Source of the DNA: Pristiophorus japonicus | Lineage: Eukaryota | DNA length: 64,000 nt | Assembly: GCF_044704955.1 (NCBI RefSeq) | Contig: NC_091995.1 | Coordinates: forward strand, 53,382,001-53,446,000 | Direction of reading: 5' to 3' | Part shown: positions 48,315 through 61,500 of the stretch, piece after piece | Layout of the letters: every line of letters starts with the position of its first letter | How positions within the stretch are numbered: the first letter of the stretch is position 1 | Position numbers and translations under genes: made by a program | Notes under the pieces: generated by a model | Seen by the model: the letters and a program-made list of their open reading frames with translations, nothing else | Told to the model about the DNA's origin: nothing | Databases searched by the model: none

Positions 48315-50725
48315 TGCCCCTCCAACAGTGCAGCAGCCCTCAGTACTGCCTTCGGACAGTGCAGTGCTCCCTCATTACTACCCCTCCAACAGTGCAGTAC
48401 TCCCTCAGTACTGCCCCTCCGGAGTGCAGCGCTCCCTCATTATTACCCCTCCGACAGTGCAGCACTCCCAGTCCTGCCCCTCCGACAGTACAGCACTCCC
48501 TCAGTACTGTACCTCCGACAGTGCAGCAGTCCCTCAGTACTACTCCTTCAACAGTGCAAATCTCTCCCAGTACTGCCCTTCCCACAGTGCAGCACTCCCT
48601 CAATACTACCCCTCCGACAGTGCAGCACTCCCTCAGTACTAACCCTCCGACAGTGCGGCGCTCCCTCAGTACTGCCACTCCGACAGTACGGCGATCCCTC
48701 AGTATTGCCCCTCCAACAGTGCAGCGCTCCCTCAGTACTGTACCTCGGCCAGCGCAGCACTCCCCCAGTACTGCCCCTCTGACAGTGCGGCGTTCCCTCA
48801 TTACTATCCCACCGACAGTGCAGCACTCCCTCAGTACTGCCCCTCCGACAGTGCAGCGCTCCCTCAGTACTGCCTCTCCGACAGTGCAGCGCTCCCTCAG
48901 TACTGCCCCTCTGACAGTGCAGCACTCCCTCAGTACTGCCCCTCCGACAGTGCAGCGTTCCCTCAGTACTGCCCCTCCGACAGTGCAGCGCTCCATCAGT
49001 GCTGCCCCTCCGACAGTGCAGCACTCCCTCAGTACTGCCCCTCCGACAATGCAGCACTCCCACAGTACTGTCGCTCCAAAAGTGCACCACTCCATCAGGA
49101 CTGCCCCTCCAACAGTGCAGCAATCCCTCAGTACTGTCCCTCCGACAGTGCAGCACTCCCTCAGTACTGCCACTCCGACAGTACGGCGATCCCTCAGTAT
49201 TGCCCCTCCAACAGTGCAGCGCTCCCTCAGTACTGTACCTCGGCCAGCGCAGCACTCCCTCAGTACTGCCCCTCTGACAGTGCGGCGCTCCCTCATTACT
49301 ATCCCACCGACAGTGCAGCACTCCCTCAGTACTGCCCCTCCGACAGCGCAGCACTCCCTCACTACTGCCCCTCCGACAGTGCGGCGCTCCCTCAGTACTG
49401 TTGTTCCAAAAGTGCACCACTCCTTCAGGACTGCCCCTCCGACACTGCAGCACTCCCTCAGTATTGTCCCTCCGACAGTACGGTGATCCCTCAGTATTGC
49501 CCCTCCCACAGTGCAGCATTCCCTCACTACTGACCCTCAAATAGTGCAGCGCTCCCTCACTACTGATCCTCCGACAGTGTAGCGCAGCCTCAGTACTGCC
49601 CCTCTGACAGTGCAGCACTCCCTCAGTACTGGCATTCCCACAGTGCAGCACTCCCTCAGTACTGTCGCTCCAAAAGTCCACCAGTCCTTCAGGACTGCCC
49701 CTCCGACAGTGCAGCACTCCCTCAGTACTGTCCCTCCAAAAGTGCACCACTCCTTCAGGGCTGCCCCTCCTACAGTGCAGCACTTCCTCCGTACTGCCCC
49801 TCCGACAGTTCAGTGCTCCCTCCGTACTGTCCCTCCGACAGTGCAGCACTCCTTTAGTGCTGTCCCTCGCCCAGCACAGCACTCCCTCAGTACTGCCCCT
49901 CTGACAGTGCAGCGCTCCCTCAGTACTGCCCCTCCGACAGTGCAGCGCTCCCTGAGTACTGCCACTCCGACAGTGCAGCTCTCCCTCAGTACTGCCCCTC
50001 CCACAGTGCAGCACTCCCTCAGTACTGTCGCTCCAAAAGTGCACCACTCCTTCAAGACTGCCCCTCCGACCGTGCAGCACTCCCTCAGTACTGTCCCTTT
50101 GACAGTGTGGCACTCCCTCAGTACTGCCCCTCCGACAGTACGGCGATCCCTCAGTATTGCCCCTCCAACAGTGCAGCTCTCCATCAGTACTATCGCTCCA
50201 AAAGTGCACCACTCCTTCAAGACTGCCCCTCCGACCGTGCAGCACTCCCTCAGTACTGTCCCTTTGACAGTGTGGCACTCCCTCAGTACTGCCCCTCCGA
50301 CAGTGCAGCGCTCCCTCAGTACTGCCCCTCCGACAGTGCAGCACACCCTCAGTACTGCACCTCCCACAGTGCAGCGCTCCCTCAGTACTGTCGCTCCAAA
50401 AGTGCACCACTCCTTCAGGACTGCCCCTCCGACAGTGCAGCACTCCCTCAGTACTGTTCCTCCGACAGTGTGGCACTCCCTCATTACTGACCCTCCGACA
50501 GTACGGCGATCCCTCAGTATTGCGCCTCCAACAATGCAGCACTCCCTCCGTACTGCTCCTCCTACAGTTCAGCACTCCCTCATTACTACCCCTCCGACAG
50601 TGCAGCACTCCCTCAGTACTGCCCCTCCGACAGTGCAGCGCTCCCTCAGTCCTGCCCCTCCGACAGTGCAGCACTCTCTCAGTACTGCCCCTCCGACAGT
50701 GCAGCGCTCCCTCAGTACTGCCCCG

Positions 50726-52505
50726 CCGACAGTGCGGCACTCCCTCAGTACTGCCCTTCCAACAATGCGGCGCTCCCTCAGTACTGCCCCTCCGACAGTG
50801 TAGCACTCCCTCAGTACTGCCCCTCCGACAGTGCAGCAGTTCCTCAGTACTGGCCTTCCCACAGTGCAGCACTCCCTCAGTACTGTCGCTCCAAAAGTGC
50901 ACCACTCCTTCAGGACTGCCCCTCCAACAGTGCAGCACTCCCTCAGGACAGTCCCTCCGACAGTGTGGCACTCCCTCAATACTGCCCCTCCGACAGTACG
51001 GCGATCCCTCAGTATTGCCCCTCCAACTTTGCAGCTCTCCATCAGTACTGTCGCTCCAAAAGTGCACCACTCCTTCAGGACTGTCCCTCCTACAGTTCAG
51101 GACTCCCTCCGTACTGTCCCTCCGACAGTGCAGCATTCCTTTAGTGCTGTCCCTCGGCCAGCGCAGCACTCCCTCAGTACTGCCCCTGCGACAGTGCAGC
51201 GCTCCCTCAGTTCTGTCCCTCCTAAAGTGCACCACTCCCTCAGGACTGCCCCTCCGACAGTGCAGCACTCCCCAGTACTGCCCCTCTGACAGTGCAGCCC
51301 TCCCTCAGTACTGCCTCTCCGACAGTGCAGCACTCCCTCAGTACTGCCACTCCGACAGTGCAGCACTCCCTCAGTACTGCCACTCCGATAGTGCAGCACT
51401 CCCTCAGTACTGTCCATCCGACCGTGCAGCATTCCCTCACGACTGCGCCTCCTGCAGTGCAAATCTCTCCCAGTAGTACCCCTCCAACAGTGCCGCAGTC
51501 CCTCAGTACTGCCCCTCCGACAGTGAGGTGCTCCAGCAGTACCGCCCTGCCGACAGTGCAGCGCTCCCTCAGTACTGCCCCTCCAACAATGCGGCGCTCC
51601 CTCAGTACTGCACCTCCGACAGTGCGGCACTCCCTCAGTACTGCCCTTCCAACAATGCGGCGCTCCCTCAGTACTGCCCCTCCGACAGTGTAGCACTCCC
51701 TCAGTACTGCCCCTCCGACAGTGCAGCAGTTCCTCAGTACTGGCCTTCCCACAGTGCAGCACTCCCTCAGTACTGTCGCTCCAAAAGTGCACCACTCCTT
51801 CAGGACTGCCCCTCCAACAGTGCAGCACTCCCTCAGGACAGTCCCTCCGACAGTGTGGCACTCCCTCAATACTGCCCCTCCGACAGTACGGCGATCCCTC
51901 AGTATTGCCCCTCCAACTTTGCAGCTCTCCATCAGTACTGTCGCTCCAAAAGTGCACCACTCCTTCAGGACTGTCCCTCCTACAGTTCAGGACTCCCTCC
52001 GTACTGTCCCTCCGACAGTGCAGCATTCCTTTAGTGCTGTCCCTCGGCCAGCGCAGCACTCCCTCAGTACTGCCCCTGCGACAGTGCAGCGCTCCCTCAG
52101 TTCTGTCCCTCCTAAAGTGCACCACTCCCTCAGGACTGCCCCTCCGACAGTGCAGCACTCCCCAGTACTGCCCCTCTGACAGTGCAGCCCTCCCTCAGTA
52201 CTGCCTCTCCGACAGTGCAGCACTCCCTCAGTACTGCCACTCCGACAGTGCAGCACTCCCTCAGTACTGCCACTCCGATAGTGCAGCACTCCCTCAGTAC
52301 TGTCCATCCGACCGTGCAGCATTCCCTCACGACTGCGCCTCCTGCAGTGCAAATCTCTCCCAGCAGTACCCCTCCAACAGTGCCGCAGTCCCTCAGTACT
52401 GCCCCTCCGACAGTGAGGTGCTCCAGCAGTACCGCCCTGCCGACAGTGCAGCGCTCCCTCAGTACTGCCCCTCCAACAATGCGGCGCTCCCTCAGTACTG
52501 CACCT
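50726..52505 (+). repeat. 890-bp tandem duplication (50726-51615 / 51616-52505)
   Basis: ORF pairs 50831/51721 and 51292/52182. Direct comparison shows near identity (CAGTAGTACC at 51471 vs CAGCAGTACC at 52361). Confidence 0.88.
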
Positions 52506-55500
52506 CCGACAGTGCGGCGCTCCCTCAGTACTGCCCCTCCGACAGTGCAGCACTCCTTCAGTACTGTCCCTCCGACACTGTGGCGCTCCCTCAGTACTGC
52601 CCCTCCGACAGCGCAACACTCCCTCAGTACTGCCCATCCAACAATGCGGCGCTCCCTCAGTACTGCCCCTCCGACAGTGCAGCACTCCCTCAGTACTGCC
52701 CCTCCAACAATGCGGCGCTTCCTCAGTTCTGTCCCTCCTAAAGTGCACCACTCCCTCAGGACTGCCCCTCCGACAGTGCAGCCCTCCTTCAGTACTGCCT
52801 CTCCGACAGTGCAACACTCCCTCAGTACTGCCACTCCAACAGTGCAGCACTCCCTCAGTACTGCCACTCCGACAGTGCAGCACTCCCTCAGTACTGCCCC
52901 TCCGACAGTGCAGCCTTCCCTCATGACTGCGCCTCCTGAAGTGCAAATCTCTCCCAGTAGTGCCCCTCCAACAGTGCAGCAGTCCCTCAGTACTGCCCCT
53001 CCGACAGTGCAGCGCTCCCTCAATACTACCTCTCCGATTGTGCAAATCTCTCCAAGTAGTACCCCTCCAACAGTGCAGCATCCTTCAGTACTGCCCCTCC
53101 GACAGTTCAGCGCTCCCTCAGTACTGTCCCTCCGACAGTGCAGCACTCCCTCACGACTGCGCCTCCTGCAGTGCAGCGCTCTCTCAGTACTGCCCTGCCG
53201 ACAGTGCAGCGCTCTCTCAGTACTGCGTCTCCTGCAGTGCAGCACTCCCTCAGTACTGCCCTGCCGACAGTGCAGCGCTCTCTCAGTACTGCCCTGCCGA
53301 CAGTGCAGCGCTCTCTCAGTACTGCGTCTCCTGCAGTGCAGCACTCCCTCAGTATTGCCCCTCCAACAATGCGGCGCTCCCTCAGTACTGCACCTCCGAC
53401 AGTGCGGCGCTCCCTCAGTACTGCCCCTCCGACAGCGCAGCACTCCCTCAGTAATGCCCCTCCGACAGTGCAGCTTTCCCTCAGTACTGCCCCTCCGACA
53501 GTGCAGCGCTCCCTCAGTACTGCCCCTCCGACAGCGCAGCACTCCCTCAGTACTGCCCCTCCGACAGCGCAGCACTCACTCAGTACTGCCCCTCCGACAC
53601 TGGAGCATTCCCTCAGTACTGCCCCTCCGACAATGCAGCGCTCCCTCAGTACTGACGCTCCGACAGTGCAGCACTCCCTCAGTACTGCCCCTCCGACAGC
53701 GCAGCACTCCCTCACTACTGCCCCTCCGACAGTGCGGCGTTCCCTCAGTACTGTCGCTCCAAAGGTGCATCACTCCTTCAGGACGGCACCTCCGACAGTG
53801 TAGCACTCCCTCCGTACTGTCCCGCCGACAATGCAGCGCTCCTTTCGTGCTGTCCCTCGGCCAGCGCAGCGTTCCCTCACTACAGCCCCTCCGACAGTGC
53901 AGCGCTCCCTCAGTACTGCCCCTCCGACAGTGCAGCGCTCCCTCAGTACTGCCCCTCCGACAGTGCAGCGCTCCCTCAGTACTGCCCCTCCCACAGTGCA
54001 GCACTCCCTCAGTACTGTCGCTCCAAAAGTGCACCACTCCTTCAAGACTGACCCTCCGACCGTGCAGCACTCCCTCAGTACTGTCCCTTTGACAGTGTGG
54101 CACTCCCTCAGTACTGTCCCTCCGACAGTGTGGCACTCCCTCAGTACTGCCCCTCCGACAGTACGGCGATCCCTCAGTATTGCCCCTCCAACAGTGCAGA
54201 TCTCCATCAGTACTGTCGCTCCAAAAGTGCACAACTCCTTCAGGACTGCCCCTCCGACAGTGCAGCACTCCTTCCGTACTGCCCCTCCGACATTGCAGCA
54301 CTCCCTCCGTACTGTCCCTCCGACAGTGCAGCACTCCTTTAGTGCTGTCCATCGGCCAGCGCAGCGTTCCCTCAGTACTGCCCCTCCGACAGTGCAGGGC
54401 TCCCTCAGTACTGCCCCTCCGACGAAGCAGCACTCCCTCAGTACTGCCCCTCCGACACTGTGGCGCTCCCTCAGTACTGCCCCTCCGACAGCGCAGCACA
54501 CTCTCACTACTGCCCCTCCGACAGCGCAGCACTCCCTCAGTACTGCCCCTCCGACACTGCAGCATTCCCTCATTGGTGCCCCTCCGACAGTGCAGCAGTC
54601 CCTCAGTACTGCCCCTCTGACAGTGCGGTGTTCCCTCGTACTGCCCCTCCGACAGTGCGGCACTCCCTCAATACTACCTCTCCGACTGTGCAAATCTCTC
54701 CAAGTAGTACCCCTCCAACAGTGCAGTGTCCCTCAGTGCTGCCCCTCCGACAGTGAGGCGCTCCCTCAGTACAGTGCCCTCCGACAGCGCAGCGCCCCCT
54801 CAGTGCTGCCCCTCCCACAGTGTAGCACTCCTTCAGTACTGCCGCTCCGACAGTGCAGCGCTCCCTCAGTACTGCCCCTTCGACAGTGCAGCATTCCCTC
54901 ACTACTGCCCCTCCGACAGTGCAGCGCTCCCTCAGTACTGCCCCTCCGACAGCGCAGCTCTCCCTCAGTACTGCCCCTCCGACACTGGAGCATTCCCTCA
55001 GTACTGCCCCTCCGACAATGCAGCGCTCCCTCTGTACTGACGCTCCGACAGTGCAGCATTCCCTCAGTACTGCACCTCCGACAATGCAGCGCTCCCGCTG
55101 TAATGACGCTCCGACAGTGCAGCACTCCCTCACTACTGCCCCTCCGACAGTGCAGCGTTCCCTCAGTACTGTCGCTCCAAAAGTGCATCACTCCTTCAGG
55201 ACGGCCCCTCCGACAGTGTAGCACTCCCTCCGTACTGTCCCGCCGACAATGCAGCACTCCTTTAGTGCTGTCCCTCGCCCAGCGCAGCACTCCCTCATTA
55301 CTGCCCCTCTGACAGTGCAGCGCTCCTTTCGTGCTGTCCCTCGGCCAGCGCAGCGTTCCCTCAGTACAGCCCCTCCGACAGTGCAGGGCTCCCTCAGTAC
55401 TGCCCCTCCGACAGTGCAGCACTCCCTCAGTACTGCCCCTCCGACAGTGCAGCATTCTCTCAGTACTGCCCCTCCGACAGTGCAGCGCTCCCTCATTACT

Positions 55501-58500
55501 ACCCCTCCGACAGTGCAGCGCTCCCTCAGTACTGCCCCTCCAACAGTGCAGCGCTCCCTCAGTACTGCCCCTCCGACAGTGCAGCGCTCCCTCAGAACTG
55601 CCCCTCCCACAGTGCAGCCCTCCCTCAGTACTGTCGCTCCAAAAGTGCACCACTCCTTCAAGACTGACCCTCCGACCGTGCAGCACTCCCTCAGTACTGC
55701 CCCTCCGACATTGCAGCACTCCCTCCCTACTGTCCCTCCGACAGTGCAGCACTCCTTTAGTGCTGTCCCTCGGCCAGCGCAGCGTTCCCTCAGTACTGCC
55801 CCTCCGACAGTGCGGCGCTCCCTCAGTACTGCCCCTCCGACAGTGCAGCACTCCCTCAGTACTGCCCCTCCGACACTGTGGCGCTCCCTCAGTACTGCCC
55901 CTCCGACAGTGCGGCGCTCCCTCAGTACTGCCCCTCCGACAGTGCAGCACTCCCTCAGTACTGCCCCTCCGACACTGTGGCGCTCCCTCAGTACTGCCCC
56001 TCCAACAGCGCAGCACTCCCTCACTACTGCCCCTCCGACAGCGCAGCACTCCCTCAGTACTGCCCCTCCGACACTGCAGCATTCCCTCATTGGTGCCCCT
56101 CCGACAGTGCAGCAGTCCCTCAGTACTGCCCCTCTGACAGTGCGGTGTTCCCTCGTACTGCCCCTCCGACAGTGCGGCACTCCCTCAATACTACCTCTCC
56201 GACTGTGCAAATCTCTCGAAGTAGTACCCCTCCAACAGTGCAGCGTCCCTCAGTGCTGCCCCTCCGACAGTGAGGCGCTCCCTCAGTACAGTGCCCTCCG
56301 ACAGCGCAGCGCCCCCTCAGTGCTGCCCCTCCCACAGTGTCGCACTCCTTCAGTACTGCCCCTTCGACAGCGCAGCACTCCCTCATTACTGCCCCTCTGA
56401 CACTGGAGCATTCCCTCAGTACAGCCCCTCCGACAGTGCAGCGCTCCCTCAGTACTGCACCTCCGACAGTGCGGCGCTCCCTCAGTACTGCACCTCCGAC
56501 AGTGCGGCGCTCCCTCAGTACTGCCCCTCCGACAGTGCAGCACTCCCTCAGTAATGCCCCTCCGACAGTGCAGCTGTCACTCAGTACTGCCCCTCCGACA
56601 GTGCAGCGCTCCCTCAGTACTGCCCCTCCGACAGCGCAGCACTCCCTCACTACTGCCCCTCCGACACTGGAGCATTCCCTCAGTACTGCCCCTCCGACAA
56701 TGCAGCGCTCCCTCAGTACTGACGCTCCGACAGTGCAGCACTCCCTCAGTACTGCCCCTCCGACAGCGCAGCACTCCCTCACTACTGCCCCTCCGACAGT
56801 GCGGCGTTCCCTCAGTACTGTCGCTCCAAAAGTGCATCACTCCTTCAGGACGGCCCCTCCGACAGTGTAGCACTTCCTCCGTACTGTCCTGCCGACAATG
56901 CAGCACTCCTTGAGTGCTGTCCCTCGCCCAGCGCAGCACTCCCTCATTACTGCCCCTCTGACAGTGCAGCGCTCCTTTCGTGCTGTCCCTCGGCCAGCGC
57001 AGCGTTCCCTCAGTACAGCCCCTCCGACAGTGCAGGGCTCCCTCAGTACTGCCCCTCCCACAGTGCAGATCTCCCTCAGTACTGCCCCTCCAAAAGTGCA
57101 CCACTCCTTCAAGACTGACCCTCCGACCGTGCAGCACTCCCTCAGCACTGTCCCTTTGACAGTGTGGCACTCCCTCAGTACTGTCCCTCCGACAGTGTGG
57201 CACTCCCTCAGTACTGCCCCTCCGACAGTACGGAGATCCCTCAGTATTGCCCCTCCAACAGTGCAGATCTCCATCAGTACTGTCGCTCCAAAAGTGCACA
57301 ACTCCTTCAGGACTGCCCCTCCGACAGTGCAGCACTCCCTCCGTACTGCCCCTCCGACATTGCAGCACTCCCTCCGTACTGTCCCTCCGACAGTGCAGCA
57401 CTCCTTTAGTGCTGTCCCTCGGCCAGTGCAGCGTTCCCTCAGTACTGCCCCTCCGACAGTGCAGGGCTCCCTCAGTACTGCCCCTCCGACAGTGCGGCGC
57501 TCCCTCAGTACTGCCCCTCCAACAATGCAGCGCTCCCTCAGTACTGCACCTCCGACAGTGCGGCGCTCCCTCAGTACTGCCCCTCCGACAGTGCGGCGCT
57601 CCCTCAGTACTGCCCCTCCGACAGTGCAGCACACCCTCAGTACTGCACCTCCCACAGTGCAGCACCCCCTCAGTCCTGCAACTCCGACAGTGCAGCGCTC
57701 CCTCAGTACTGCCCCTCCGACAGTGCAGCGCTCCCTCAGTACTGCCCCTCCAACAGTGTAGCATTCCTTCAGTGGTGCCCCTCCGACAGCGCAGCACTCC
57801 CTCAGTACTGCCCCTCCGACACTGGAGCATTCCCTCAGTACTGCCCCTCCGACAATGCAGCGCTCCCTCAGTACTGCCCCTCCGACAGCGCAGCACTCCC
57901 TCACTACTGCCCCTCCGACAGTGCGGCGCTCCCTCAGTACTGTCGCTCCAAAAGTGCATCACTCCTTCAGGACGGCCCCTCCGACAGTGTAGCACTCCCT
58001 CCGTACTGTCCCGCCGACAATGCAGCACTCCTTTAGTGCTGTCCCTCGCCCAGCGCAGCACTCCGTCAGTACTGCCCCTCTGACAGTGCAGCGCTCCCTC
58101 AGTACTGCTCCTCCGACAGTGCAGCATTCCCTCAGTACTGCCCCTCCGACAGTGCGGCGCTCCCTCAGTACTGCCCCTCCAACAATGCGGCGCTTCCTCA
58201 GTACTGCACCTCCGACAGTGCGGCGCTCCCTCAGTACTGCCCCTCCGACAGTGCGGCGCTCCCTCAGTACTGCCCCTCCAACAGTGCAGCACTCCCTCAG
58301 TACTGCCCCTCCGACACTGTGGCGCTCCCTCAGTACTGCCCCTCCGACAGCGCAGCACTCCCTCACTACTGCCCCTCCGACAGTGCAGCGCTCCCTCAGT
58401 ACTGCCCCTCGACAGCGCAGCACTCCCTCAGTACTGCCCCTCCGACACTGCAGCATTCCCTCAGTACTGCCCCTCCGACAGTGCAGCATTCTCTCAGTAC

Positions 58501-61500
58501 TGCCCCTCCGACAGTGCAGCGCTCCCTCATTACTACCCCTCCGACAGTGCAGCGCTCCCTCAGTACTGCCCCTCCGACAGTGCAGCACTCCCTCAGTACT
58601 GCTCCTCCAACTGCGGCGCTCCCTCAGTACTGCCCCTCCGACAGTGCAGCGCTCCCTCAGTACTGCCCCTCCGACAGTGCAGCGCTCCATCAGTACTGCC
58701 CCTCCGACAGTGCAGCGCTCCATCAGTACTGCCCCTCCGACAGTGCAGCACTCTCTCAGTACTGCCCCTCCGACAGTGCAGCGCTCCCTCATTACTACCT
58801 CTCCGACAGTGCAGCGCTCCCTCAGTATAGCCCCTCCCACAGTGCAGCAGTTCCTCAGGACTGGCCTTCCCACAGTGCAGCACTCCCTCAGTACTGTCGC
58901 TCCAAAAGTGCACCACTCCTTCAGGACTGCCCCTCCGACAGTGCAGCGCTCCCTCAGTACTGCTCCTCCAACAGTGCAGCACTCCCTCAGTACTGCACCT
59001 CCCACAGTGCAGCACCCCCTCAGTCCTGCAACTCCGACAGTGCAGCCTTCCCTCAGTCCTGCAACTCCGACAGTGCAGCGCTCCCTCAGTACTGCCCCTC
59101 CAACAGTGTAGCATTCCCTCAGTGGTGCCCCTCCGACAGTGCAGCGCTCCCTCAGTACTGCCCCTCCGACAGTGCAGCACTCTCTCAGTACTGCCCCTCC
59201 GACAGTGCAGCGCTCCCTCATTACTACCCCTCCGACAGCGCAGCACTCCCTCACTACTGCCCCTCCGACAATGCAGCGCTCCCTCAGTACTGCCCCTCCG
59301 ACAGCGCAGCACTCCCTCAGTACTGCCCCTCCGACACTGCAGCATTCCCGCTGTACTGCCCCTCCGACAGTGCAGCAGTTCCTCAGGACTGGCCTTCCCA
59401 CAGTGCAGCACTCCCTCAGTACTGTCGCTCCAAAAGTGCACCACTCCTTCAGGACTGCCCCTCCGACAGTGCAGCGCTCCCTCAGTACTGCCCCTCCAAC
59501 AGTGCAGCACTTCCTCAGTACTGCACCTCCCACAGTGCAGCACCCCCTCAGTCCTGCAACTCCGACACTGCAGCATTCCCTCAGTCCTGCAACTCCGACA
59601 GTGCAGCGCTCCCTCAGTACTGCCCCTCCAACAGTGTAGCATTCCCTCAGTACTGCCCCTCCAACAGTGTAGCATTCCCTCAGTGGTGCCCCTCCGACAG
59701 TGCAGGGCTCCCTCAGTACTGCCCCTCCAACAATGCGGCGCTCCCTCAGTACTGCACCTCCGACAGTGCGGCGCTCCCTCAGTACTGCCCCTCCGACAGT
59801 GCAGCACTCCCTCAGTACTGCCCCTCCGACACTGTGGCGCTCCCTCAGTACTGCCCCTCCAACAGCGCAGCACTCCCTCACTACTGCCCCACCGACAGCG
59901 CAGCACTCCCTCAGTACTGCCCCTCCGACACTGCAGCATTCCCTCATTGGTGCCCCTCCGACAGTGCAGCAGTCCCTCAGTACTGCTCCTCTGACAGTGC
60001 GGTGTTCCGTCGTACTGCCCCTCCGACAGTGCGGCACTCCCTCAATACTACCTCTCCGACTGTGCAAATCTCTCCAAGTAGTACCCCTCCAACAGTGCAG
60101 CGTCCCTCAGTGCTGCCCCTCCGACAGTGAGGCGCTCCCTCAGTACAGTGCCCTCCGACAGCGCAGCGCCCCCTCAGTGCTGCCCCTCCCACAGTGTAGC
60201 ACTCCTTCAGTACTGCCCCTTCGACAGTGCAGCATTCCCTCACGACTGCGCCTCCTGCAGTGCAGCGCTCCCTCAGTACTGCCCTGCCGACAGTGCAGCG
60301 CTCTCTCAGTACTGCGTCTCCTGCAGTGCAGCACTCCCTCAGTATTGCCCATCCAACAATGCGGCGCTCCCTCAGTACTGCACCTCCGACAGTGCGGCGC
60401 TCCCTCAGTACTGCACCTCCGACAGTGCGGCGCTCCCTCAGTACTGCCCCTCCGACAGTGCAGCACTCCCTCAGTAATGCCCCTCCGACAGTGCAGCTGT
60501 CACTAAGTACTGCCCCTCCGACAGTGCAGCACCCCCTCAGTCCTGCAACTCCGACAGTGCAGCCTTCCCTCAGTCCTGCAACTCCGACAGTGCAGCGCTC
60601 CCTCAGTACTGCCCCTCCAACAGTGCAGCACTCCCTCAGTACTGCCCCTCCGACACTGTGGCGCTCCCTCAGTACTGCCCCTCCGACAGCGCAGCACTCC
60701 CTCACTACTGCCCCTCCGACAGTGCAGCGCTCCCTCAGTACTGCCCCTCCGACAGCGCAGCACTCCCTCAGTACTGCCCCTCCGACACTGCAGCATTCCC
60801 GCTGTACTGCCCCTCCGACAGTGCAGCAGTTCCTCAGGACTGGCCTTCCCACAGTGCAGCACTCCCTCAGTACTGTCGCTCCAAAAGTGCACCACTCCTT
60901 CAGGACTGCCCCTCCGACAGTGCAGCGCTCCCTCAGTACTGCCCCTCCAACAGTGCAGCACTCCCTCAGTACTGCACCTCCCACAGTGCAGCACCCCCTC
61001 AGTCCTGCAACTCCGACAGTGCAGCCTTCCCTCAGTCCTGCAACTCCGACAGTGCAGCGCTCCCTCAGTACTGCCCCTCCAACAGTGTAGCATTCCCTCA
61101 GTGGTGCCCCTCCGACAATGCAGCGCTCCCTCAGTACTGCCCCTCCGACAGTGCAGCACTCTCTCAGTACTGCCCCTCCGACAGTGCAGCGCTCCCTCAT
61201 TACTACCCCTCCGACAGTGCAGCGCTCCCTCAGTACTGCCCCTCCGACAGTGCAGCACTCCCTCAGTACTGCTCCTCCAACTGCGGCGCTCCCTCAGTAC
61301 TGCCCCTCCGACAGTGCAGCGCTCCCTCAGTACTGCCCCTCCGACAGTGCAGCGCTCCATCAGTACTGCCCCTCCGACAGTGCAGCGCTCCATCAGTACT
61401 GCCCCTCCGACAGTGCAGCACTCTCTCAGTACTGCCCCTCCGACAGTGCAGCGCTCCCTCATTACTACCTCTCCGACAGTGCAGCGCTCCCTCAGTACAG

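Noticed and set aside
53782-53800. GACGGCACCTCCGACAGTG as a relic of the ancestral SINE flank
   Set aside because: Paralogous positions (~55200, ~56850, ~57972) read GACGGCCCCTCC and the 33-bp phase is unbroken, so point mutation within the satellite explains it.
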